A stretch of DNA of 64,000 bases from Caecitellus pseudoparvulus (lineage: Eukaryota > Protista > Bigyra: Bicosoecida). Shown one piece after another: positions 12,482 through 23,537 of this stretch. The notes under the pieces were generated by a model, which worked only from the letters and a program-made list of their open reading frames with translations, did not search any database and was not told the DNA's origin. Position 1 is the stretch's first letter; each line of letters opens with the position of its first letter. A program made the position numbers and the translations under genes. The stretch is from contig CBFFRQ010000044.1 in the NCBI GenBank assembly GCA_965644315.1, positions 310,001 to 374,000 on the forward strand, in the 5' to 3' direction.

Positions 12482-15226
12482 ATGGCAGACGCGAGCTCCC
12501 CTACGCGGGGCAGCAAGCGCACACGAGACGCAGGGCAGTCCTCAGCACTCTTCTCCACGGAGTCATCGGATGAAGACGTGCCTGCTGCGTCAGCGGACGG
12601 TGACGTAGACTTGTCGCAGTCCAGGGCAGCAGATGGCGCGCCGCTCGACGGCGCCGCCCCCCCCGCACCCAAGCGCCCTCGCTCACAAGGCACCCTGGCA
12701 GCCTTCTTCCAGCCCCGCAAGGCCGCCTCTGCCCCGGCTCAGCGCCAGTTCACCTCCACGGCTGCCGCAGCGGTGGCGGCGGCGTCCCCTGCACCAGCCA
12801 AGCGCAAAGTACGCCAGGCGGCACCCGCTGCTCCCCAGGCCGCAGCAGCTGCAGGGATCGAGTCAGCAGGCAGCGACGACGACGAGGAGGAGGATGATGA
12901 GACGCCTGTGGCTGCTGCGGTCGACAGTGCCCCGCAAGTGTCGGACACGGTGTCTGGCCCGGTGCTGGGGGAGTACCACCCACTGGAGGCAGTGCAGGAC
13001 CTGTGGAAACCGGGCGAACCAGTGCCCTTCCGCGCCCTGACACGTGTGCTGCGGGAGGTGGAGGGCATCACTGGGCGGCACGCGATCCAGGAGCTGGTGC
13101 GGAATTTCTTCCGATCTGTCATCGCGTGTTCCCCCCAGGACCTCCTCCCCGCCGTATACATGTGCAGCTCCAAGCTGGCGCCCGAGGTGGACGGCATCGA
13201 GCTGGGCATTGGCGAGAGCATCCTGACGAAAGCCATCTGCCAGGCCACTGGCCGGCAGCTGAAGGACGTCAAGGCGGCACTGAAGGAAGCGGGCGACCTG
13301 GGGAAGGTTGCGGAGGCGTCCCGCAGCAAGCAGGCGACGCTGGGCTTCGTGGCGGCGCCCAAGCCCCTGCTGCTGCGTGACGTCTTCGCGACGTTCCGGG
13401 ACATCGCCACGAAAAGCGGCAAGGCCTCCCAAGACGCCAAAATATCCCTCATCAAGCGCCTGCTGGTGAAGGCGTCGGGGCAGGACGCCGAGCCTCGGTA
13501 CATCATCCGGGGCCTGCAGGGCAAGTACCGCATCGGTCTGGCAGCCAAGAGCGTGCAGACGGCTCTGGCGCAGGCCGTGACCATCACGCCCCCAGCGGCG
13601 GGGTGCGAGGGGGAGGGCGGCAGTTTCGCGCGGCGCCTGGACACGCGCGTGTCGCCCAGCGGCAAGGCCCGCCCCGCAGAGGCAGTGGACGCGGAGCTGG
13701 CGGCTGCAGATGAAACGCTCAAGCAGGTGTTTTCAGAGCTGCCCTCGTATGACCTCATCGTGCCTGCACTGCTGCGTGGTGGCGTGGCGGCGGCTCGCGA
13801 AGCCTGTTCGCTCACACCCGGTATGCCCGTGACTCCCATGCTGGCCAAGCCCACCAAGGGCGTCTCTGAGGTCTGCACGCGCTTGGAGGGGGTGGCCTTC
13901 ACCTCTGAGTGGAAGTACGACGGCGAGCGTGCTCAGGTGCACAAGATCCCCCCTCGGGCACAGGGCGAGGGGGGTGTCACTGCCGCTGCTGCCGCGTCAG
14001 GCGGCAGTGCGCATATGGGGGAGGCCCGGGGGCAAGGGCACCGCATTTTCTCCCGAAACCACGAAGAAACGACGGGGAAATACCCCGACCTCGCCGCCAT
14101 CCTCGCCAGTGCCGAGCATGCGGCGGGGGACAATTGGCGCCCCTACCCCGATTCCGCAGTGGTGGGCAGCGAGCCGGGGGACATTCTCGCCGACGACGCC
14201 GAGCTGGCCATCGCCGCCAGCAAGGCTGCCTACGACGACTCCCTGGCACTGTTCCCCCACGGTGCCGTGGCCGAGTTGGAGGACTACATCATTGATGGCG
14301 AGGTGATTGCGTACGACCCAGACACGGACGCACTGCTGCCGTTCCAGCGCCTCAGCACGCGCGCACGGAAGGACGTCACGCTGGCCAACATCACAGTGCC
14401 TGTCGTGTACGCTGCGTTTGACTTGCTGTACCTGCAGGGCAAGAGCCTGCTGCAAGTGCCCCTGGAAGTGCGCCGGGCGTTGTTGAAGCGTTTCTTCAAA
14501 GAAGTCCCCGGGAAGTTCCGCTTCGCTGTCGGGTACGACACGTACAGCGGCGACATGGACGCTCTGCGGGGACAATTGGACGCAGCAGTGGAGGGGCACT
14601 GCGAAGGGCTCATGGTGAAGACGCTGCGCTCGAACGCCACATACGAGCCCAGCAAGCGCAGCCTGAATTGGCTGAAGCTGAAGAAGGACTACATGGACGG
14701 CCTGACAGACTCGCTGGACTTGGTGGTCGTCGCGGCGTGGTATGGCAAGGGCAAGCGCACTGGCACGTACGGTGCGTACTTGCTGGCTTGCTACGACGAG
14801 GAGGAGGGGGAGTTCCAGTGCATTACCAAGGTGGGCACGGGTTTCTCCGACGCCGCCCTCGCGTCACACACCAAGTCCTTCAACGAGGACTTGGACCTGG
14901 TGGTGAAGGAGAAGCCCCGCAACGTGAACGCCAGCCCCAACATGCGGCAGGTGCCAGATGCCTGGTTCACGCCGCGGGTTGTGTGGGAGGTGAAGGCGGC
15001 TGACCTGAGCATTTCCCCCATCTACACTGCCGCCATCGGGCGGGTGTCTGCCGACAAGGGCATCGCCCTGCGTTTCCCTCGCTTCCTGCGCATTCGGGAG
15101 GACAAGTCGGCCGAGCAGGCCACCAACGCAGCACAAGTGGAGAGCATGTACCGAGCGCAGCCACTGGCAGGGGGGTCAGGTGGGGGTGTGAGCGTGGAGG
15201 ACGGCATTGGGGAGTACGCCGAGTGA
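12482..15226 (+). CDS. LIG1: DNA ligase I
   Basis: PIP box QGTLAAFF, DNA-binding domain (ELGIGE, RIGLA), motif I EWKYDGERAQ, IIDGE, AFDLLY, EGLMVK, WLKLKKDY, and OB fold ALRFPRFLRIREDK. Confidence 0.97.
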   Translation: MADASSPTRGSKRTRDAGQSSALFSTESSDEDVPAASADGDVDLSQSRAADGAPLDGAAPPAPKRPRSQGTLAAFFQPRKAASAPAQRQFTSTAAAAVAAASPAPAKRKVRQAAPAAPQAAAAAGIESAGSDDDEEEDDETPVAAAVDSAPQVSDTVSGPVLGEYHPLEAVQDLWKPGEPVPFRALTRVLREVEGITGRHAIQELVRNFFRSVIACSPQDLLPAVYMCSSKLAPEVDGIELGIGESILTKAICQATGRQLKDVKAALKEAGDLGKVAEASRSKQATLGFVAAPKPLLLRDVFATFRDIATKSGKASQDAKISLIKRLLVKASGQDAEPRYIIRGLQGKYRIGLAAKSVQTALAQAVTITPPAAGCEGEGGSFARRLDTRVSPSGKARPAEAVDAELAAADETLKQVFSELPSYDLIVPALLRGGVAAAREACSLTPGMPVTPMLAKPTKGVSEVCTRLEGVAFTSEWKYDGERAQVHKIPPRAQGEGGVTAAAAASGGSAHMGEARGQGHRIFSRNHEETTGKYPDLAAILASAEHAAGDNWRPYPDSAVVGSEPGDILADDAELAIAASKAAYDDSLALFPHGAVAELEDYIIDGEVIAYDPDTDALLPFQRLSTRARKDVTLANITVPVVYAAFDLLYLQGKSLLQVPLEVRRALLKRFFKEVPGKFRFAVGYDTYSGDMDALRGQLDAAVEGHCEGLMVKTLRSNATYEPSKRSLNWLKLKKDYMDGLTDSLDLVVVAAWYGKGKRTGTYGAYLLACYDEEEGEFQCITKVGTGFSDAALASHTKSFNEDLDLVVKEKPRNVNASPNMRQVPDAWFTPRVVWEVKAADLSISPIYTAAIGRVSADKGIALRFPRFLRIREDKSAEQATNAAQVESMYRAQPLAGGSGGGVSVEDGIGEYAE

Positions 15227-15343
15227 GGCAATTCAATGTGGGCGCTGTGGTGTTTGGCTTGCGTCGCGCCCTGGCTGGCTCGCTCGTGTTTGGACGCTCA
15301 GTGCCTGAGTGTGCGCATTCGATTTCCGCATCGTGCCAGCGAC

Positions 15344-16518
15344 ATGTCGGCTGCCGCCCGTGCCTTGGCAGGGCTCCCCAGCGCTGCTGCCTACCTCGCA
15401 CGGCACTGCAATGCACAGGGGAGCGTGAAGGCGGGGCTGCTCACCTCAGAACACGGCTCCTTCCTCCTTGCCCAGCTGAGTGCGCCTGCCGCCAGCAATG
15501 CCCTCTGCCCGCGCATGATGCTGCAGCTCGGAGGCTTGCTTGGGACGCTGCAGCAGACGACGCCTGATTGCTGGGGCCACCCCAGTGTCGTGCCGCGGGC
15601 CTTGGTGCTGTGTGGGGAAGGGAGGCACTTCTGTGCCGGGGCACGCTTGGACCGCATGATGCAGCGGCAGACAGGTGAGCGCGGGGCGCACCTGGCATCC
15701 ATGGACTGTGCCGCAGCCCCGCCCAGCCCTGTGCAGTGCCCAAGGGCCAAACGTTCTTCCGCACCCCCTCCCTGCACTTCGCAGGTATTCACATGAACGT
15801 GTTCATGCAGCACATCACCAGCGCGCTGGGCACTCTGCCGCTGCCCAGCATCAGCCTCGTCGGCGGCGCGGCAGTTGGCGGTGGGGCCGAGCTGGCCTCG
15901 GCGACATGCTGGAGGTTCGGCAGTGCTGCCACAAAGGTGCACTTTGTGCAGACTTCGAAGGGCCTGCCCACTGGCTGGGGTGGTGCTGCTGCGTTGTGCC
16001 GAAACGTCAGTCCGCGCGCCGCCAAGCGACTGCTGCTTCCTGCTGGGTCCTCGGCAGCTGAGGAGCTGGCTCAGCTGGGGTGGCTGGATGACGTGCTAGT
16101 GGATGCACCAGCTGATGCCATCGATGGCGTCCACTGGGATGTCAGCAGTGGAGCCCTGGACGCTGTGCGTGGAGCAGCCGTTGGCGGCCCCTCCGCGCTA
16201 CGCGACGCGGTAACGGACGCATGTGCTTCGGAACACGCCAGCACCGACGCTGCAGACTGGCCGACACCGCTGCACAGTGAGGACATATCCGATTTAAGCA
16301 TTGCATTGTTGACACGGTGCGTTTTGCCGAGGTTTGGCTCTGCAGCGGGCGCGCCAGCCTCCATTTGGCGGAGCCATGCGGTGCTGGCCGCTGGGGCAGA
16401 GCCACTCGGCGGAGTGGGGCCTGCACTGGAAAGAGAACGCCAGTTGTTCTGCGAGGCTTGGCGGGGCCCTGCTCACGACGAGGCGCTGCAGGCCGCGGGT
16501 GTGGCACTGCCAGACTGA
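15344..16518 (+). CDS. ECHDC1: Crotonase-superfamily protein, ethylmalonyl-CoA decarboxylase (ECHDC1)-like; intron 15675-15784
   Basis: Motifs FCAGARL, LPLPSISLVGGAAVGGGAELA, KVHFVQ..KG..TGWGG and C-terminal ERQLFCEAWRGPAH. Confidence 0.7.
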
Positions 16519-16530
16519 CGCGCAGGTCGG

Positions 16531-19500
16531 TCACTGCTGTGCAGCGTCTTGCAGCGTCACACAGGACGCCGAGTCGTCCACATCCACGCCACTGGCCACA
16601 CGGTGAGGGATGGCAATGGGGGCAAGGCGCTGGGGCGGCAGGGTCACGTGGCCTGTACGTGTGTGTTCGCCTGTCAGGGCTGTGTCTCTCTCTGGCACGT
16701 CGGCGGGGGCGCCGTCCAGGGTGGGGGACAGTGGGTGCATGTCCGAGGCGCTGACGGAGGCAGAGCGACCATGCCGGGGGCTCATGCCTGAAATGTTGGG
16801 GTCCATGGTGGTGCTGGTGTCGCGGGGCGCACAGCCCATGGCGCTGCCACCAGTGCACTGGCGCAGCAGGCCATCTGGCGGTGGGCTGAGCCCCGTCGCA
16901 GACTCGACATCACTGACCCCAGCAACGTGCAGCGACGTTGCTGGGGCACCCCCGCCGTCCTTGCCCAGGCTGGACCTGTCGGGCAGGGCGCCCCGAGTGG
17001 ACCCATCCACCACCGGCTCCCGCAGCGTCTCCACGACAGCCAGGAGTTTGTGCAGGATGGGCACGGGCGCCTCGGGCAGGTGGTGCAGGATGGCAGACAC
17101 CAGCAGCGCCACCGTCTGGTCAAATACATCGTCAGTGATGCCCAGATGTGCGTGCCCCGCCGCCATGTCCTTCCCAGAGTACTTCACATCGCCAGCGCCC
17201 AGAACGGTGGAGATGAAGGTTTCCTGCAGGTGCCGCATGCGGCCCATGGCGACGTTCTTGAAGAACGGCGCCGTGGCGGGGTGTGACACGAGGAAGATGT
17301 AGAACGTGTCCACCACGGCGTGCACGGCGGGGGCACCGCCAATGGCCTCGTAAATCGTCTTGCCACCCAGCACTTCAGCCAGCGCTGCTTCGTTGGCCTC
17401 TGCCTGCTCAGCCAAGGTGGTGGAGGCAGGCAAGCCCGCCGACAGCAGCTGGCTCAGCTGACCCTTGAGCTGCGCAAAGGTCTGGAAGGGGATGTCGTTG
17501 CAGTGCATGTGCAGGGCCAAGGGTTTGGGCAGCGCGGCACAGCCATCGCGGTTCACGGCGTTCAGGACGGCTGTTGCACCTTGCAGCTGCAGGCCGCACC
17601 AGGACACATCCAGATGTTGCAGCTGGCCCCGAGCGGTGCAGTGGGCGATGCCAGGCGCCATGAGCTCTGCGCCCGCGGGGGCAAGGTCCTTGTTCCCTGT
17701 CAGGTTCAGGTGTGTGAGGGTGGTGCTGTCAGACAGCAGGCGGGCCAGGGCTGCGCCGTGCAGAGGCGTCAAGCCGCAGTGGGCCAGGCTCAGCTGCGCG
17801 ACGCGGCTGTGCACGAGGGCCGTGACGAGCGTGTCCAGCGTGCCCGGGGACAGGGGGATGTGGGACAGGTCCAGCTTGGTCAGAGGCGTGTACTGCACCA
17901 GGAACGCCCCAAGGCCGGCAAGCGGCGGCACGGAAGCCGAAGGTGAAAGTTCGGGCGCCGGGCCGAGGCAGTTCAGTTGTGCGGCGCCAGTCTTTTCAGT
18001 GGGCGGCAGAAACAGCTCTTCGTTGCCTGCCAGGGACAGGCCCGAGACCATGATGGCAGCGTTGGTGGAGATGGCGCCGAGGGTGAGCTGCATGTTGGCG
18101 GGGGACACCTCGTTGAAGGAAAGGTCCAGGAACATTCCCGACACGGCGCCTGACGCGGCGCGGGAGGTGGCTAGAGCACGGTACAGCGCGCTCCAGGTAG
18201 AGTCGGGGAGGCCCACGAGTGACCGGCGTAGGTTCACCACTCGCGTCTGGGGCCCAGGGACAGCGACAGCGCCCTTGGCGGCGGGGGCGTCCCCCGCTGC
18301 ATCCCCTCGCGGTGCCGAGGCAAGCAGCCCAAGCGTCTTGGCTTCCAGGCCAGTAACAAAGACACCGAGGGCGATGTTGCGGGTGGTGAATGCCACAGGC
18401 AGCAGCAAACCCAGCCATGCGGTGGCCAGGATGTACTGTGCGTTGGTGGTGGGGAAGGCCAGCGACAGCAGCGCCATGGTGTTTGTGAACAGGATGGCTG
18501 CCAGGCCGCCCAGGACATAGGCATTCCAGGAAGTACTGAAAAAAGGCTGGCTCAGGGCCACGGCCGCCGCTGTGATCACGCCCAGCGCCAGGAGCAGGGC
18601 GATGTTGACGGCTGATGGCAGCACGTCGCGAAGCAGCCCCAGCACGAGCGCCATCATCACCTTCAGAAGCATCATGGCCAAGGCGAAGCCGGGGTTGCGG
18701 TCGGCACCCAGCGCCAAGGCGGTGCCCAGGCGGGCCTTGGAAATGGCGTCATGCCGGCTGTGCTCGTGGTGCCAGCCAACTGCGACAAGGGCAAGCACCA
18801 GAGCCACGGCGAAGGTGGAGGAAGCTACGTGGGCTGGGCTTGCACAATCAACGTCAAGGAAGCTCGCGACGCCGCCGGCACAGCCACAGGCAGAGAAGAG
18901 GAACCTCGCTGCAGGGATAGCCAGGAAACTCTGCTTCAGGGTCAGGTTCAAGTGCATGCCTTGCACGATTGTGCTGCCCAGGCTGGTGTGTAGGTGCTGC
19001 AGCGGCACCAAAAGCAGGACGGCGTCTGCCGCGACGAGCGCAGCCAGCGACACAAGCACCGCCAGGTTCACAACAGAGGGCAAGGGGACCTGTACATGAT
19101 TGGGAGCGGCGGTACTGCGTGATTTCTAGCGCACAGGTGCGCGCTGCAGAGATTCGCACCTCCAAGTACAGGACTCGCCCTGCCCCGCCAACGAATTGCA
19201 CGAGGGGGTCAGGGAAGCCGACTTCGAACTGGAATGGCGCCACCATGATCTGAGCAACAGTGGCCAGGAACCCTGCGAGGCAAGGCACGCAGCGTGGCGG
19301 GCATGCGCGTGGCTGCCGCCTCGACTTCCAGTGCACTTCGCGTTCACGAACCCAGGGCTGGTGCAGCTCGAAGCACCGTGCTCCACCATGACGCCCACGA
19401 CGCCTGCTTTGACAGCGCAGCCCTCCCAGCAGGCGTGTTTGTGGAAGGTAGGCTCCGTTGGCGCAGCAGCATGCGACGAATGGCTTCGTCTGCGCTGTTG

Positions 19501-19589
19501 CGGCGGTGTCTTGACAGCCGCCGTTTCGGCACAGCTGACGCAGGTCCACCAGACGCAGGCGCCAGCGACGGCGACTTTGCCTCCTCCAT
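16531..19589 (-). CDS. Multi-pass membrane protein + RNI-like LRRs + group I (2/2) truncated hemoglobin; introns 19273-19351 and 19090-19159
   Basis: About 7-8 hydrophobic segments, followed by LRRs (LTKLDLSHIPL, LSLAHCGL, LTHLNLTGN, LQHLDVSWCGL). The globin domain reads TIYEAIGG...VDTFY...APFF...LQETF...LGAG..YSGKDMAAGHAHLGITDDVFD. Confidence 0.85.
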
Positions 19590-19629
19590 GGCAGCGGGCT
19601 GGAGGTGACAGGCAACGTACAAAGGCGCC

Positions 19630-19637
19630 TTTATAAA
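19630..19637 (-). promoter_or_regulatory. Palindromic TTTATAAA, candidate TATA box of the globin-fusion gene
   Basis: Lies ~41 nt upstream of the predicted ATG at 19589. Confidence 0.4.
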
Positions 19638-20766
19638 GTGGGTGGGGTTGATGGTGCATTGGTGGGATTTTTGTCCAGCTAGTGCGTGTTTGGGCGCCCG
19701 ACTTCGGATGCTTCCGAGTGGCCGGGTTGATGAGGAGGCATCAATCGACGCCGCTGGAAGCGCCTGGGCCGCGCCAATGCGTCGCGAGCCTGCGTCAAGT
19801 GGGGCTGGTCGCTGGGCCCCGATCCGGCATGGACGGAGTGGATGCTAGGGAACGGTGCCAGTGCGAAAGGTCATGGCTGTGTCGAGCATTGGCAGGTCAC
19901 GCTGCTGCCTCAGGTCTGTGAGTCTGAGCTCCTGTCAAGCTTGTGGTCGGCTTCACACGCACGTATCGGCTTCAAGGAAGCGTGGACCCGAGGCAACCAA
20001 TGCAGCTTGGATGTTTGCGTGGCCTCTGGGTGCTGCTGCTGTGTGCTGGCGCTCACATGGTGGGGCTTCGTGTCGGTTCGCGGCCAGGCATCGTGACGGC
20101 TTGTGCGTGCTCGCAAGTCCCCGAGCAGACAGGAGCTCGATGAGCCCCCCCCGCACAACTTTCAGCGCAGTGTACCCACCTAGGGGGCTCATGTGCACGT
20201 GCTCGTTCAAGCTTTCGTTGCATGAGGTGCGTCCTGGGCGGGGGTGTGCGGGAGTGAAACGCATCGCCACCTCGCCTTCTGCCTTCAGACGCCAGAGGGT
20301 AGCCTTGCGTGGGCTCTCAGTGACTCAGAGGACACCACGACCAAACATACTAGGCGTGAGTACCTAAACTTAGGTCGAACAGTGCCCCCACTGCACATCT
20401 TGCGAACAAAGGCGCTCATGGGTTGCAGAGGGTGAAACGGCAGGTCCTCTGGTGGTGCCTCCGCTGTCTGCAGATATTGCAGCTCGTGGCGGCAACTAAA
20501 ACACACACATCATTGGAGTAAACTGATCAGTTCTCTGTGGCAGCGTTTTTGTGTGCTGCACCGCTGTTGCTTTCGCTGAAGGTGTCGCTTCTGCGGGGCT
20601 GAGCCTGCAGCTCGCTGGCAAGGTGGGGCATTGGCGTGGCAGACAGGCTTTATTCTGTTCGCTGTGACCAGGACAGGAGTAAAGAAATCTCATCCAAGTC
20701 GATTCTTTTGTCGGTTCGTGCTGTCGTCTCCACGCTGCGGAAGGCGAACCTCCCCAGCTGTCCGAC

Positions 20767-21664
20767 ATGGTGCGTGCTGCACGGCAGGCCTGAGCTGGTG
20801 TGCTTGGCAGATGGGCAGCTTCCCACGCTGTGCACGGCGCAGTTTGCGCTATTATCTGGTCTCATTGAATGGAGCTGCTCCAAGACGCACGCGTTCGTTC
20901 CGATCCTGGGGCTTGACCATGCTGGAAAGACGGTGTGTGCTGGCCTGAAACGTGCCTGAAACGTGGCACCCCCTGCAGGCGCTCCTGGCGCTTGAGCGCA
21001 GACTCTGCTGGAGCAAATGAAAGGGATGTACATCGATGATCGTAGACGGGCTGATCTGGACCGCATTCCGCCCACGATCGGCATGAACGGTGCGTGCTGA
21101 TGCCTGCGCCGACCTCGACACTCAGCAGCCACCCGGCCAGTGGCCACTCTCCCGTGCTCAGTGGGGAAAATGGACATCCTCAGCACGACAGTCACCTTCC
21201 AGGACCTGGGCGGTCACATGCGCAATATTTGGGGTCAGTACTACCAGGAGGCGTCAGGAGTCATCGTCGTGGTGGACGCAGCAGATGGCCGCCGCTTGCC
21301 TGAGGCGGTTGCGGCTGTGCAGGGCATCCTGTCGTCACCCCACCTGGCAGGCGTGCCTGTCCTGATCCTGGCCAACAAGAACGACAAGGTCGGTGCGCTG
21401 GGCGCGAGGGAGCTGGCAGGCTTGCTGAGCCTCCACAGCCCAAGCGGCGGCGGTGGCGGTGGCGTTTCTGCTGCAGCCACAGCGGCTGCCGGCACCAGCA
21501 AGCCTGACGCTGGCACGCTACTGGATGCCTCCAGTGCTGACCGACAGCTGGTGGTGGCGTCCACCTCCACCCTGGCGGGGGAGGGCATTGCAGCGGCGCT
21601 GGCGACATTCATTCCCCACGTGCGGAGTTTAGCGGCCAGTGGCAAGCGGGAGGTGACTCACTGA
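20767..21664 (+). CDS. ARFRP1: ARF-related small GTPase ARFRP1/Arl3p; introns 20770-20842, 20933-21001, 21090-21161
   Basis: Spliced protein reads M|FALLSGL...ILGLDHAGKT|TLLEQ...PTIGMN|V...DLGG...ANKND. The non-myristoylated MF-x-LLSGL N-terminus is typical of ARFRP1. Confidence 0.85.
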
Positions 21665-21731
21665 TGGGCCCAAGCGTGCGCTGTGACTGCTGCCATCCCT
21701 AACCTACTGTCTGCGTTGCATTGGCGCGCAG

Positions 21732-23537
21732 TTATGGGGCATTCGCCTTGCCCTTGCGAGCCTGCAGGCGTGACTCCAGCCAAGACAGCACCGCCAGGGA
21801 GATGGGACCAGGGGCACCGTCGGGGGGGGGCTGCACCTCCACCCGAGCCCCAGCACTGCCGTGCTGTCCACTAGCCTGGCCAGCTGCCGCAGCCTCGTAG
21901 AATGCACCCCGTGCTGCGCGGCCGGCGTGGCCGATTTTGCCTGTGGTTGGCGGCAGTGCGTGGGCTGCGCTGGGCACGTGGATGTTGGCTGTTTCCTCGT
22001 GTTGCAGGGGAAACGCCGGCAAGGCAGGTGTGGCGAGCTGTCCTGCTGGTGAGGTGATGGTGAGGGGCGGCGGAGGCGAGCCTGTGTCCCCGCTGGGCCC
22101 GTGGGAAGGTTGCGCTTTCGGCGCCATTTCCGCCCACGGGTCAGGCGTGGATGTGGCGGGGGGAGGGGTCGGGGCAGAGGGGGGGAGGTCCACTGCCAGG
22201 TCCACAGGGTGCCCTGAGCAGTTGTGCAGTGCCAAGGTGGCGGGGGCCGCAGCGGCGAGGGACGTGGGCGAACCAGCAGGCAGTCGAAGTGTGGAGGTGC
22301 CGGTGGGCGGCAACTCGTCCCAACTCACGTGGGCAGTGACTGGCCCTGCCTCCGCTGCGCCGTGCAGGTGCACATGCCCCTTGAGGCCCGTGACATCCAC
22401 GCTGGGCGCCGGTCCGGCAACGCAGCATGTCACCTCGCCGTGAGTCACCCGGCTGCTAAACCTGTCAGCACAGTGCACGTCTAGCCGCTGCCCGTAGAAC
22501 GCGCGGATGTCCACTGGGCCTGCTGAGTGCAGGGCGGCGTTGAACACGAAGATTTTCTTGGCAGTGATGGGCCCACCTGCCGTCACGTTGACTTCCCCCG
22601 ACAGCAACGCAGCAGACACGCTGCCGCCTGCGCGCAGGGCCACCTGCAGTCCTCGTAGCTGGTGTGCGGAAATGGATCCCCCTGTGGCGACGCTGATGAC
22701 CCACGCATCAGCCTTATCGCTGATGGTGACGTCCGTGTCGTGGTGGCTGTGCACGGCAAAGGACTGGCGCTGGGGCAGTTGGATGCGCAGTTTGCAGGGG
22801 GGGCAGGGGGAGTCACCCAGCTCCAGGTGGGCCTGAGTGAAGCGCTGCCCCTGCCGCCCCTCCATGGGCTGGGCGATGTGGAAGGCCTCCCACCCCGGCT
22901 GGTCGGGGGTGAGGGCGGGGGGGGGGGGATTGGAGGCGGCTTCTGCGCCAGCCTCTGCTGCGTGGCAAACCCGGACGGCTGCGGTGGGCACGGCAGCGTC
23001 TGGCGAGGGCGTGACGATGCTGGCTTTCAGGTCTAGAGTCCAGGTGGGGATGATCTGTGCTCAGGTGCGCCCTGGGGGGTGCCGTGGTCCGCTTGTGGCG
23101 GCGTGGCTGTGCGCCACGTCAGGCAGCCGAGGCGGGGCACGCACCTCCACTTCCGTCACGCAGGCTGGAGGGTTGATGCACAGCAAGGCGTCAGCCTGGA
23201 CCAGGCCCCGAACATCTAGTACGTGTCCAAACTCGTGACCTCCTGGCTCAGCCACTGCGAGGGCGTGCAAGTGCTGGAGGTGGGGCGCATAGCAGAGACG
23301 GCTGAAACGCCGAGGAAACGCACGCTCGTCATTCAGCGCGTCCCTGCGCGAGCCAGTGTTCACCACTGGAGCTTGGGGGGCGCTTTCTGTGAGACGTTTA
23401 CTCTCAACTCCATAGAAACGGGTACCCTCAGGGGCAGGCAGCAACGAAAGGCAGGGTGCCCGGGCACACCGCCGTGCCGCCCTGTGAGTTACCTGGCGCA
23501 GAGCTGCCCCTGCTGCCCTGGCGCCTGTGCGCAGCAT
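21732..23537 (-). CDS. DUF4097/FAM185A-like beta-repeat protein, possibly mitochondrial; 5' exon structure uncertain
   Basis: Repeated 'T-G-G-x-I / A-G-G-x-V / G-P-V-D-I' beta units in ORF 21732-22991. The upstream MLRTGARAAGAALRQ is presequence-like and is followed by a GT donor. Confidence 0.45.

Noticed and set aside
20946-20965. Short tandem TGAAACGTG duplication
   Set aside because: Only two copies, inside an ARFRP1 intron; probably slippage.
22917-22928. Poly-G/C runs (also 2211-2220, 27907-27916, 29765-29777)
   Set aside because: Scattered homopolymers in GC-rich DNA, with no regular spacing or telomeric pattern.
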